Positions 1 to 9,815 of a stretch of DNA of 64,000 nucleotides are shown here, one piece after another. How positions within the stretch are numbered: position 1 is the stretch's first letter; the number at the start of each line of letters is the position of its first letter. The notes beneath the pieces were generated by a model. It had not been told where the DNA came from, searched no databases, and worked only from the letters and a program-made list of their open reading frames with translations. The DNA comes from Rhizobiales bacterium 64-17 (GTDB lineage: Bacteria; Pseudomonadota; Alphaproteobacteria; Rhizobiales; Xanthobacteraceae): positions 173,493 to 237,492 of the forward strand of contig MKWA01000003.1 in NCBI GenBank assembly GCA_001899285.1, read 5' to 3'. Both the position numbers and the translations under genes were made by a program.

Positions 1-275
1 TGGCCCGGATCGTTCCACACCTGCCGCAGACGCCGCGTTCGTGGATTGTCGCCGGCGGCGGCTCGTTCAATCCGACCTTGATGCGGATGCTGGCGGAACG
101 CCTCGCGCCGGCGACGGTGGAAACGGCCGACAAGGTCGGCTGGTCGCGCGAGGCGCTGGAAGCGCAGGCGTTCGCCTTCCTTGCGGCGCGCACGGTGAAG
201 GGCCTGCCGATCACGTTCCCAAAGACTAGTGGCGCGCCGCGTCCGATGACTGGCGGCGTGGTGGCGCAGCCCTAG
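1..275 (+). CDS. anmK: anhydro-N-acetylmuramic acid kinase, C-terminal fragment (5' end outside window)
   Basis: The frame is open from the window edge to TAG 273-275. The translation ...[20 protein letters not shown]...[33 protein letters not shown] resembles the AnmK C-terminus from memory. Confidence 0.65.
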   Translation, partial: ARIVPHLPQTPRSWIVAGGGSFNPTLMRMLAERLAPATVETADKVGWSREALEAQAFAFLAARTVKGLPITFPKTSGAPRPMTGGVVAQP

Positions 276-339
276 CGTGCCAAAAGAAAAATGCGCGGGA
301 CGAGCCCGCGCATTCAGCGTCTCACGATCATGCTGTGAA

Positions 340-999
340 TCAGGCCGCCGGCTTGCGCTGGGTGTTCAGCCGCTTGTCGAGATAGCCGTTCACCGACTGC
401 ATCAGCGCGTCGATCTTGCCGTCGAAGAAGTGGTTGGCGCCGGGGATCACTTTCTGCTCGATGACGATGCCCTTCTGCGTCTTCAGCTTGTCGACCAGCG
501 TGTTGATGTCCTTGGCCGGGGCCACCGCGTCCTTGTCGCCATGGACGATCATGCCCGAGGACGGGCAGGGCGCGAGGAACGAGAAGTCGTAGAGATTCGC
601 CGGCGGGCAGATCGAGATGAAGCCCTCGACTTCCGGGCGGCGCATCAGGAGTTGCATGCCGATCCAGGCGCCGAACGAGAAGCCGGCGATCCAGCAGCTC
701 TTGGCCTCGGGGGTGATGGTCTGCGCCCAGTCGAGCGCGGCGGCGCTGTCGGACAATTCGCCGGTGCCGTGGTCGAATGACCCCTGGCTGCGGCCGACAC
801 CACGGAAATTGAAGCGCAGCGCCGAGAAACCGCGGTGCACGAAGGCATAGTAGAGCTGATAAATGATCTGGTGGTTCATCGTCCCGCCGAATTGCGGGTG
901 CGGATGCAGGATCAGCGCGATCGGCGCGTTCTTCTGCTTTGCCGGGTGATACCGGCCTTCGATGCGTCCGGCAGGACCGTTGAAGATGACCTCAGGCAT
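340..999 (-). CDS. alpha/beta-fold hydrolase (small conserved family, 219 aa)
   Basis: ATG-started ORF. It has a nucleophile-elbow-like motif, IAGFSFGAWIG, and a typical N-terminus, GRIEGRYH...ALILHPHPQFGGTMN. Confidence 0.8.
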   Translation of the reverse strand: MPEVIFNGPAGRIEGRYHPAKQKNAPIALILHPHPQFGGTMNHQIIYQLYYAFVHRGFSALRFNFRGVGRSQGSFDHGTGELSDSAAALDWAQTITPEAKSCWIAGFSFGAWIGMQLLMRRPEVEGFISICPPANLYDFSFLAPCPSSGMIVHGDKDAVAPAKDINTLVDKLKTQKGIVIEQKVIPGANHFFDGKIDALMQSVNGYLDKRLNTQRKPAA

Positions 1000-1043
1000 T
1001 GCTGTCTATCGAGCCTCGGGTGAAAAGGGACGCTGGATGGCGC

Positions 1044-1072
1044 TTGACGCCAGCGGTTAACCCACGTAACTA
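1044..1072 (+). promoter_or_regulatory. candidate sigma70-type promoter of the suf operon (TTGACG-17 nt-TAACTA)
   Basis: TTGACG lies at 1044-1049 and TAACTA at 1067-1072 with a 17-nt spacer. The promoter is 145 bp upstream of the first suf-operon gene. Confidence 0.4.
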
Positions 1073-1090
1073 TTTAGAACTATTCTAAAT
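1072..1090 (+). promoter_or_regulatory. Irr-type iron control element (ICE) palindrome ATTTAGAA-CTA-TTCTAAAT
   Basis: A perfect 8+8 inverted repeat with a 3-nt spacer. It matches the Bradyrhizobium ICE consensus TTTAGAA-N3-TTCTAAA and overlaps the -10 element above. Confidence 0.65.
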
Positions 1091-1217
1091 TTCGGGGTGG
1101 CGGCGCAGGAGTGGCAGCCGCGCTCTGGGCCGGTTACTACCACGGTCACGGGGTCGAAAAGCAAGCATTTTCGGCAAACCGGCGCAGGGGCCGGAACCGG
1201 CGACGAGGACGAGATCG

Positions 1218-2378
1218 ATGCCCGAACGGGTTTATGCCGACTGGAACGCGACCGCACCGCTGCGCCCGCAGGCGCGGGACGCGATGATGGCCGTGTTCGG
1301 TCCGGCCGTGAACCCATCCTCGGTCCACACCGAGGGGCGGGCGGCGCGCCGGATCGTCGACGATGCGCGCGCCCAGGTGGCGGCGCTGGTCGGGGCGACC
1401 CCGCAGCAGGTGGTTTTCACCGGCGGCGGCACCGAAGCCAATGCGCTAGCACTGAGCCCGGCTCTCCAGCCCGCCGGGGCGAAGGGCCAGGTATTCCAGC
1501 GGCTGGTGGTGTCAGCGGTCGAGCATCCGTCGGTAATGTCGGGCGGCCGGTTCGCGAAAGACGCGATCGTTGAAGTGCCGGTGACCGGCGATGGCGTGAT
1601 CGATCTGGACGCGCTCGATGCGGTTTTGGCGCAAGGTCCGCGCGCGCTGGTGTCGGTGATGCTGGCCAACAACGAGACCGGCGTTGTTCAACCGATTTCT
1701 CAGGTTGCCGCCAAGGTTCACCAACATGGCGGCCTTCTGCATGTCGACGCGGTCCAGGCAGCCGGAAAAATTGCCATCGATATCAATGCTTTGGGTGCGG
1801 ATGTTTACACGATCACGGCGCATAAGCTGGGCGGCCCGCAGGGTGTCGGCGCGCTGATCCTGTGTCAGGACGTCGGTCTCGACCCACTGGTGGTCGGCGG
1901 CGGTCAGGAACGCGGCCGGCGGCCGGGAACCGAGAGTGTGGCCGCCATCGCCGGGTTCGGCGCGGCAGCCGCCGAAGCGGCGAAGCTCGCAGCCACTTCA
2001 TCGATGCGGGCGCGCCGCGACCGGCTCGAGGCCGAACTGCTGGCGAAGACCCCCGGCGCGGTGGTCGTCGGCCAAATGGCGCCGGAGCGGCTACCCAACA
2101 CCACGCTGATCGCGGTGCCGGGCCTCAAGGGTGAGACGGCGGTGATCGCCCTCGACCTTGCCGGCCTCGCCGTGTCGTCCGGCTCGGCCTGCTCCTCGGG
2201 GAAGGTCGCATCCTCGCATGTGCTCCACGCCATGGGGCTCGACCCCGACCTGGCGCGCGGCGCGGTGCGGCTGACGCTCGGCTGGACCACGACGGAAGTC
2301 GATCTCGATATCCTGCTTGGCGCTTGGAATAAGGTGGTTCCATCATTACTTAGGGGGCAATCAGGCATTGCCGCCTAG
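1218..2378 (+). CDS. cysteine desulfurase, class-V aminotransferase (NifS/IscS-like)
   Basis: 386 aa. Motifs seen: TGGGTEANALAL, the PLP-lysine context ITAHKLGGPQGVGAL and the active-site loop SSGSACSSG. It sits directly upstream of sufB. Confidence 0.85.
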   Translation: MPERVYADWNATAPLRPQARDAMMAVFGPAVNPSSVHTEGRAARRIVDDARAQVAALVGATPQQVVFTGGGTEANALALSPALQPAGAKGQVFQRLVVSAVEHPSVMSGGRFAKDAIVEVPVTGDGVIDLDALDAVLAQGPRALVSVMLANNETGVVQPISQVAAKVHQHGGLLHVDAVQAAGKIAIDINALGADVYTITAHKLGGPQGVGALILCQDVGLDPLVVGGGQERGRRPGTESVAAIAGFGAAAAEAAKLAATSSMRARRDRLEAELLAKTPGAVVVGQMAPERLPNTTLIAVPGLKGETAVIALDLAGLAVSSGSACSSGKVASSHVLHAMGLDPDLARGAVRLTLGWTTTEVDLDILLGAWNKVVPSLLRGQSGIAA

Positions 2379-2486
2379 GACACGAGCAACTGACACAACC
2401 AAGGGGTGATCGCGACCGGATAGCGCGAGCAACCATAACCGACTGATCCATTCCCGCGGTCCTTGAAACCGCGAGCGGAGACGAGA

Positions 2487-3971
2487 ATGCCGGCCGTTCA
2501 AGAGACCGTCGATCAGGTCCGACGTATCGACGTTGACCAGTACAAGTATGGGTTCGAGACCAAGATCGAATCCGAAAAGGCGCCCAAGGGGCTGTCCGAG
2601 GACATCGTCCGGTTCATTTCGGAGAAGAAATCCGAACCCGCCTGGATGCTGGAATGGCGGCTCGAAGCCTATCGCCGCTGGCTGACCATGCGCGAGCCGA
2701 CCTGGGCGCGCGTCGATTATCCGAAGATCGATTATCAGGATCTCTATTACTACGCCGCGCCGAAGAAGAAGGCGGGGCCGAAGTCGCTGGACGAGGTCGA
2801 TCCGGAGATTCTCGAAACCTACAAGAAGCTCGGCATTCCGCTGCGCGAGCAGGAAATCCTCGCCGGCGTCGAGCGCGGCGACGGCACCCGCGCGCGGGTC
2901 GCGGTCGATGCGGTGTTCGATTCGGTGTCGGTGGCGACCACCTTCCAGGAAGAATTGAAAAAGGCCGGCGTGATCTTCATGCCGATCTCCAAGGCGCTGC
3001 AGGAGCACCCGGAACTGGTGCGTAAATATCTCGGCACCGTGGTGCCGGTGACCGACAACTACTTCGCGACGCTGAACTCGGCGGTGTTCTCCGATGGCTC
3101 GTTCGTTTATGTGCCGCCGGGCGTACGCTGCCCGATGGAGCTGTCGACTTATTTCCGCATCAACGAGAAGAATACCGGGCAGTTCGAGCGCACGCTGATC
3201 ATCGCCGACAAGGGCTCCTATGTGAGCTACCTCGAAGGCTGCACTGCGCCGCAGCGCGACGAGAACCAGCTTCACGCCGCCGTGGTCGAGCTGATCGCGC
3301 TCGACGATGCCGAGATCAAATATTCGACCGTCCAGAACTGGTATCCGGGCGACAGCGAGGGCAAGGGCGGCATCTACAACTTCGTCACCAAGCGCGGCGA
3401 CTGCCGTGGCGACCGGGCGAAGATTTCGTGGACGCAGGTGGAGACCGGTTCGGCGATCACCTGGAAATATCCGAGCTGCATCCTGCGCGGCGATCACTCG
3501 CAGGGCGAGTTCTACTCGATCGCGATCTCCAATGGCCGCCAGCAGGTCGACAGCGGCACCAAGATGATCCACCTCGGCAAGAACACGTCGAGCCGGATCA
3601 TCTCCAAGGGCATCGCCGCCGCGCGCTCGCAGAACACCTATCGCGGCCTCGTCAGCGCGCACCGCAAGGCGAGCGGCGCGCGCAATTTCACCAACTGCGA
3701 CTCGCTGTTGATCGGCAACAAGTGCGGCGCGCATACGGTGCCGTATATCGAGGCGAAGAATTCGTCGGCAGTGTTCGAGCACGAGGCGACCACGTCGAAG
3801 ATTTCCGACGACATGCTGTTCTACTGCCGTCAGCGCGGCATGGACGCGGAGGAGGCGGTGGCGCTCGTCGTCAACGGCTTCGTCAAGGACGTGCTGCAGC
3901 AACTGCCGATGGAATTCGCCGTCGAGGCGCAGAAACTGATCTCGATCTCGCTGGAAGGATCGGTCGGGTGA
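2487..3971 (+). CDS. sufB: Fe-S cluster assembly protein SufB
   Basis: ATG 2487 is preceded by GGAG; the ORF-track start at 2463 is a TTG alternative. Strong SufB-like sequence: KYGFETKIE..., [42 protein letters not shown]. Confidence 0.95.
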   Translation: MPAVQETVDQVRRIDVDQYKYGFETKIESEKAPKGLSEDIVRFISEKKSEPAWMLEWRLEAYRRWLTMREPTWARVDYPKIDYQDLYYYAAPKKKAGPKSLDEVDPEILETYKKLGIPLREQEILAGVERGDGTRARVAVDAVFDSVSVATTFQEELKKAGVIFMPISKALQEHPELVRKYLGTVVPVTDNYFATLNSAVFSDGSFVYVPPGVRCPMELSTYFRINEKNTGQFERTLIIADKGSYVSYLEGCTAPQRDENQLHAAVVELIALDDAEIKYSTVQNWYPGDSEGKGGIYNFVTKRGDCRGDRAKISWTQVETGSAITWKYPSCILRGDHSQGEFYSIAISNGRQQVDSGTKMIHLGKNTSSRIISKGIAAARSQNTYRGLVSAHRKASGARNFTNCDSLLIGNKCGAHTVPYIEAKNSSAVFEHEATTSKISDDMLFYCRQRGMDAEEAVALVVNGFVKDVLQQLPMEFAVEAQKLISISLEGSVG

Positions 3972-4276
3972 GCGGCTTGGTTGATAAGGCTAAAGCCCAG
4001 CTCTTGGAGTCTTCAAGCAGCGGTGAATTTGTTCAAACGTTGAGGAAATTATTTCCGCGCCTTCTGGCCCACGAAGTTAGTGGACATATCGAAGTGAATA
4101 ATGGGCGTCCGCCAATTCTAACGATCAAGATTGTTGGAAATAACCAGTTCCAGACAACCGAAAATAAAAACACCTCTGGGGGAAGTTTGGTTCGGATTAC
4201 GCAACCTCCTGTTTGGAATGTCGATCGGTTATTTGATCGATTGGCGAATATGGAACAAGAAGTCGGACAAGCCTAA
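3968..4276 (+). CDS. hypothetical 102-aa protein encoded in an AT-rich insert between sufB and sufC
   Basis: This is the only frame open across the whole ~45% GC block. GTG 3968 overlaps the sufB stop (GTGA), and an in-frame TTG 3977 is an alternative start. TAA 4274-4276 overlaps the sufC ATG (TAATG). I recognise no family. The start codon is uncertain. Confidence 0.45.
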   Translation: MSGLVDKAKAQLLESSSSGEFVQTLRKLFPRLLAHEVSGHIEVNNGRPPILTIKIVGNNQFQTTENKNTSGGSLVRITQPPVWNVDRLFDRLANMEQEVGQA

Positions 4277-5031
4277 TGTCTTTATTGGAAATCAAGAACC
4301 TCCACGCCGTCGTCGATGGCAAGCAGATCCTCAACGGGCTCAACCTGACGGTCGAGCGCGGGCAGGTCGCCGCGATCATGGGGCCGAACGGCTCGGGCAA
4401 ATCGACGCTGTCCTACGTGCTCGCCGGCCGGCCCGGTTACGAGGTGACGCAGGGCGAGATTCTGCTCAACGGCGAAAACCTGCTCGGCCTCGATCCCGAC
4501 GTGCGGGCCGCCAAGGGCGTGTTCCTGGCGTTCCAGTATCCGATGGAAGTGCCGGGCGTTGCCACCATGACGTTCCTGCGCACGGCGCTCAACGCGCAGC
4601 GCAAGGCGCGCGGCGAGAGCGAGTTGACGACGCCGGAGTTTTTGAAGCGCGTGCGCGAGGCGGCGGCGCAACTCGGCATCAGCCAGGAGATGCTGCGCCG
4701 TGGCGTCAATGTCGGCTTTTCCGGCGGCGAGAAGAAGCGCAACGAGATTTTGCAGATGGCGATGCTGGAGCCGAAGCTCGCCATTCTCGACGAGACCGAT
4801 TCCGGCCTCGACATCGACGCGCTGAAGATCGTCTCCGACGGCGTCAACCGGCTGCGTGCGCCGGATCGCGGCATGATCGTCATCACCCACTATCAGCGGC
4901 TGCTCGACTACATCGTGCCGGACGTGGTGCATGTGTTGTGGAAGGGCCGCGTGGTGAAGACTGGCGGCAAGGAACTGGCGCACGAACTCGAAGCCAAGGG
5001 CTACGCCGAGTTTCAGGGTGAGGCGGCGTGA
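4276..5031 (+). CDS. sufC: Fe-S cluster assembly ATPase SufC
   Basis: Walker A GPNGSGKST, ABC signature FSGGEKKR, Walker B LAILDETDSGLD. 251 aa. Confidence 0.95.
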   Translation: MSLLEIKNLHAVVDGKQILNGLNLTVERGQVAAIMGPNGSGKSTLSYVLAGRPGYEVTQGEILLNGENLLGLDPDVRAAKGVFLAFQYPMEVPGVATMTFLRTALNAQRKARGESELTTPEFLKRVREAAAQLGISQEMLRRGVNVGFSGGEKKRNEILQMAMLEPKLAILDETDSGLDIDALKIVSDGVNRLRAPDRGMIVITHYQRLLDYIVPDVVHVLWKGRVVKTGGKELAHELEAKGYAEFQGEAA

Positions 5032-6356
5032 TGACCGCGACCGTGCGACCGATCCGGGCGGTGAAGACGGCAGCGGAGGCCGCGCTGGCGGACACCTACG
5101 CGGCGGCCAAGGCGTTGTTGCCGGGACTGCCGGCCGCGCGTGAACAGGCGTTCCGCCGGTTCGAGGCACAGGGTCTGCCGCATCGCCGTGTCGAGGCGTG
5201 GAAATATACCGATCTGCGCGCGCTGATGCGCGACGCGAAGCCGCTGGCTGCGCCTCCCGGCGCGGAGGCCAAGGCGCGGGCGAAACAGGGCGGCGCGATC
5301 TTCGCCTCGGTCGAGGCACGCCGGCTGGTGTTCGTTGACGGTGCATTCGTGCCGGAACTGTCCGACCTGTCGGCGGAGGCCGGTCTGAGCATCATGCCGA
5401 TGGCTCAGGCGCTTGCGTCCGGCGATGCACTGGTCGCGCGGCATGTCGGCCAGGTGCTCGACATCGACGATCCGGCGGTGGCGCTCAACACGGCGCTGAT
5501 GGGCGACGGCATTGTCATCAAGGTCGCCGCCGGCGCCACGGTGGCGCGTCCGGTGATGATCGTGTTCGCGCATTCCGGCGAGCGGCCGGTGTCGGTGTTC
5601 ACTCGCTCACTGGTCGTGGTCGAACCGAAGGCCAAGCTGACGCTGGTGGAAACCCACGAGGGTGCGGCGGACGACCAGATCAACGCGGTGATGGAATTGA
5701 TCGTCGGCGACGATGCCGAGGTCGATCACCTCAAGATCGCGGCGAACCGCAAGGGTGCGCTGCAGGTCGCGACCCTGATCGTCTCGATCGGCGCGCGTGC
5801 GAAGTTCAACGATTTCGCCGGCGCGACCGGCGGCTCGGTGACGCGTAACCAGATCTTCGCGCGGCTCGCCGGGGAAAACGCCGTGTGCCATTTCAGCGGC
5901 GCCAATCTGCTGCAGGGCCATCAGCACGTCGACACCACGCTGGTGGTCGAGCATGTGCGGCCGGGCTGCGAGAGCCGCGAACTGTACAAGTCCGTGCTCG
6001 ACGGCGAGAGCCGTGGCGTGTTCCAGGGCCGCATCACCGTGCAGGCCGAGGCGCAGAAGACCGATGCGCGCATGGCGACGCATGCGCTGCTGTTGTCCGA
6101 GAACGCCGAAGCCGACGCCAAGCCGGAGCTGGAGATTTTCGCCGACGACGTGCAGTGCGGACACGGCGCGACCGCCGGCGCGCTCGACGAGGACTTGCTG
6201 TTCTATCTCAAGGCGCGCGGCATTCCGCCGAAGGAGGCGGAGGCGCTGATGGTCACGGCGTTTGTCGGCGAGGTGGTCGAGCGGGTCGCGCATGAAGGGC
6301 TGCGCGACAGTCTGCTGGCCGCCGCCGATGGCTGGCTGCAGGCGAGGAGCGCCTGA
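5028..6356 (+). CDS. sufD: Fe-S cluster assembly protein SufD
   Basis: The start (GTG 5028 or ATG 5031) overlaps the sufC stop. The C-terminal SufBD domain reads ELEIFADDVQCGHGATAGALDEDLLFYLKARGIP. Confidence 0.9.
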   Translation: MMTATVRPIRAVKTAAEAALADTYAAAKALLPGLPAAREQAFRRFEAQGLPHRRVEAWKYTDLRALMRDAKPLAAPPGAEAKARAKQGGAIFASVEARRLVFVDGAFVPELSDLSAEAGLSIMPMAQALASGDALVARHVGQVLDIDDPAVALNTALMGDGIVIKVAAGATVARPVMIVFAHSGERPVSVFTRSLVVVEPKAKLTLVETHEGAADDQINAVMELIVGDDAEVDHLKIAANRKGALQVATLIVSIGARAKFNDFAGATGGSVTRNQIFARLAGENAVCHFSGANLLQGHQHVDTTLVVEHVRPGCESRELYKSVLDGESRGVFQGRITVQAEAQKTDARMATHALLLSENAEADAKPELEIFADDVQCGHGATAGALDEDLLFYLKARGIPPKEAEALMVTAFVGEVVERVAHEGLRDSLLAAADGWLQARSA

Positions 6357-7597
6357 TGCACCCGGCAGTCGGCAACGGCAGCTATGACGTCGAGCGCATC
6401 CGCGCGGATTTTCCGGCGCTGGCGATGCAGGTCTACGGCAAACCGCTTGTCTATCTCGACAATGCCGCCTCGGCGCAGAAGCCGCAGTCGGTGCTCGACC
6501 GCATCCAGAAAGCGTATACGAGCGAATACGCCAACGTGCATCGCGGGCTGCACTTCCTCGCCAACGAGGCGACGGAGGCCTACGAGGCGGCGCGCGAGAC
6601 CGTGCGCGCCTTCCTCAACGCGCCGCGCAAGGAAGAGATCATCTTCACCCGCAACGCCACCGAGGCGCTCAACCTCGTCGCGGCGACCTTCGGCCGCGAG
6701 CGGCTGAAGCAGGGCGACGAGGTGGTGCTGTCGATCATGGAGCACCACTCCAACATCGTGCCGTGGCATTTCCTGCGCGAGCGGCAGGGCGCCGTCATCA
6801 AGTGGGCGCCGGTCGATGACGACGGCAATTTCCTGCTCGACGAGTTCGAGAAGCTTCTGACGCCGCGCACCAAGATGGTGGCGATCACGCAGATGTCGAA
6901 CGCGCTCGGCACCATCGTCCCGGTCAAGGACGTGGTTCGCATCGCGCATGCACGCGGCATTCCGGTATTGGTCGACGGCAGCCAGGCGGCGGTGCATCTC
7001 GATGTCGACGTGCAGGACATCGGCTGCGATTTCTACGTGTTCACCGGTCACAAGGTCTACGGCCCGACCGGCATCGGCGTCTTGTGGGGCCGTTACGATC
7101 TGCTCGCGGCGATGCCGCCGTTCAACGGTGGCGGCGAGATGATCCACGAGGTCTATGAGGACCGCGTGACCTATGGCGAGCCGCCGCACCGCTTCGAGGC
7201 CGGCACGCCGCCGATCGTGCAGGCGATTGGTCTCGGCGCCGCCATCGACTACATGACTTCGGTCGGCAAGGGGCGCATTCGTGCCCATGAGGACGCGCTG
7301 GTGCGCTATGCGCACGAGCGGCTGCGCGAGATCAATTCGCTGCGGATCGTCGGCGAGGCGCGCGACAAGGGTGCCATTGTCTCGTTCGAGATGAAGGGCG
7401 CGCATCCGCATGACGTGGCGACGGTGATCGATCGTTCCGGCGTCGCGGTCCGGGCCGGAACCCATTGTACCATGCCGCTGCTCAACCGGTTCGGCTTGAC
7501 GGCCACTTGCCGTGCCTCATTCGCCATGTACAACACCATGGCCGAGGTCGACGCGCTCGCCGCGTCGCTGCGCAAGGCGCAGGATTTCTTCGGCTGA
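6356..7597 (+). CDS. sufS: cysteine desulfurase SufS (group II)
   Basis: The ATG overlaps the sufD stop (TGATG). PLP-lysine context GHKVYGPTGIGVLWG and catalytic Cys loop RAGTHCTMPLL. Confidence 0.9.
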   Translation: MHPAVGNGSYDVERIRADFPALAMQVYGKPLVYLDNAASAQKPQSVLDRIQKAYTSEYANVHRGLHFLANEATEAYEAARETVRAFLNAPRKEEIIFTRNATEALNLVAATFGRERLKQGDEVVLSIMEHHSNIVPWHFLRERQGAVIKWAPVDDDGNFLLDEFEKLLTPRTKMVAITQMSNALGTIVPVKDVVRIAHARGIPVLVDGSQAAVHLDVDVQDIGCDFYVFTGHKVYGPTGIGVLWGRYDLLAAMPPFNGGGEMIHEVYEDRVTYGEPPHRFEAGTPPIVQAIGLGAAIDYMTSVGKGRIRAHEDALVRYAHERLREINSLRIVGEARDKGAIVSFEMKGAHPHDVATVIDRSGVAVRAGTHCTMPLLNRFGLTATCRASFAMYNTMAEVDALAASLRKAQDFFG

Positions 7598-7644
7598 CCG
7601 TTTTGAACAAGACCAGTGTGAATGTGTGTGCGCAGGACTGAGAC

Positions 7645-8055
7645 ATGACCGATAACACACCTCCGGATCAGATCGTCGCGCCGCCGGTAGACGACAAAGC
7701 CGCCGACAGCGCCGCCCCGGCAACTGCATCGGCACTGCCGGAGCCGGAACTTACGCGCATGACCGACGATGTCGTCACCGCGCTGAAGACCGTCTACGAC
7801 CCGGAAATCCCGGCCGACATCTACGAGCTTGGGCTGATCTACAAGATCGACATCGCCGACGACCGCGCCGTGAACATCGACATGACGCTGACGACGCCGA
7901 ACTGCCCCGCCGCGCAGGATCTGCCGGTGATGGTGGAGAATGCGGTGGCGAGCGTCGCCGGCGTCGGCAAGGTTGGCGTCAAGGTCGTCTGGGATCCGCC
8001 GTGGGATCCGAGCCGGATGTCGGACGAAGCGCGCGACATGCTGAATATGTGGTGA
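7645..8055 (+). CDS. sufT: SUF system Fe-S assembly protein (DUF59/SufT-like)
   Basis: DUF59 hallmarks VYDPEIPADIYELGLIY and TLTTPNCPAAQ. Its position follows sufS. Confidence 0.8.
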   Translation: MTDNTPPDQIVAPPVDDKAADSAAPATASALPEPELTRMTDDVVTALKTVYDPEIPADIYELGLIYKIDIADDRAVNIDMTLTTPNCPAAQDLPVMVENAVASVAGVGKVGVKVVWDPPWDPSRMSDEARDMLNMW

Positions 8056-8168
8056 CGCGCTCAACAGGTGGTGAGTTGCGGAATCGCTTGTCCACGCCCA
8101 CATTGGGTTGAACGGGAAGCCTTTCGTTTCAAGCTGTTATCATTCGAAACAGCGAGGGAGACCAAGCC

Positions 8169-8552
8169 ATGGCCACAGCGCGGCCCCGCCCGCAGGTGAT
8201 GCGTCTGACTGATGCCGCCGCCGCGCGCATCAAGGACGTGATGGCGCGGGCGACCGAGCCGGTCGAGGGCGTGCGCGTCGGCGTCAAGAACGGCGGCTGC
8301 GCGGGCATGGAATACACGATGGAATACGCCACCGCGGTCAACCCGACCGACGAGGTGGTGGAGGACAAGGGCGTCAAGATCCTGGTCGACCCGAAGGCGA
8401 TCCTGTTCCTGCTCGGCACCGAGATGGACTACAAGGTCGACAAGCTGTCGGCGCAGTTCGTCTTCAACAATCCGAACCAGACCTCGGCCTGCGGCTGCGG
8501 GGAATCGGTTCAGCTCACGCCGGCCAAGCCGGAGGCGATGGCGTCGTCCTGA
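8169..8552 (+). CDS. sufA: A-type Fe-S cluster carrier (SufA/ErpA/IscA family)
   Basis: HesB-like protein with GCAGMEY and the C-terminal motif SACGCGESV. The start could instead be the internal ATG at 8199. Confidence 0.8.
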   Translation: MATARPRPQVMRLTDAAAARIKDVMARATEPVEGVRVGVKNGGCAGMEYTMEYATAVNPTDEVVEDKGVKILVDPKAILFLLGTEMDYKVDKLSAQFVFNNPNQTSACGCGESVQLTPAKPEAMASS

Positions 8553-8573
8553 AATTAGTCGGGGGCAGGGCCG

Positions 8574-9647
<1,074 letters not shown>

Positions 9648-9765
9648 CAGACAATCACCCGCACCCGGTACACGAGCGCAAGACTCCCCCGAAAACCCAG
9701 TGAAACCAGGTACTCCCCGCGGAGGAGGCTATTCCACAGCCGTTGACGGGAGGTTAAATCTGAAC

Positions 9766-9792
9766 CCGGCGACAGGTTATATCTGTCGCCGG
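9766..9792 (-). terminator. hairpin downstream of the DEAD-box helicase gene
   Basis: A 10-bp stem, CCGGCGACAG/CTGTCGCCGG, with a 7-nt loop. On the minus strand it is followed by a T-containing tract. Confidence 0.5.
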
Positions 9793-9815
9793 TTATGAAC
9801 CATTACGGGGCGGTG

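Noticed and set aside
2361-3902. 513-aa minus-strand ORF.
   Set aside because: It is antisense to sufB, whose identity is unambiguous. Its composition is Arg/Leu/Ala/His-rich and repetitive.
3972-4275. Idea that the AT-rich sufB-sufC insert is a MITE or other small mobile element.
   Set aside because: The termini share only a weak inverted match (GGCTTG..GA, about 8 of 12 positions). I saw no target-site duplication, and no second copy exists in the window. It remains a possibility to test by genome-wide search but is not claimed.
4131-5021. 296-aa plus-strand ORF that starts in the AT-rich suf insert and runs through sufC out of frame. Also the 67-aa minus-strand ORF at 4197-4400.
   Set aside because: Beyond the insert they are out-of-frame or antisense to sufC and Arg-rich. 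Neither spans the whole insert nor shows the stop/start coupling seen for the 3968-4276 frame. I cannot exclude a short peptide from 4131, but there is no support for it.
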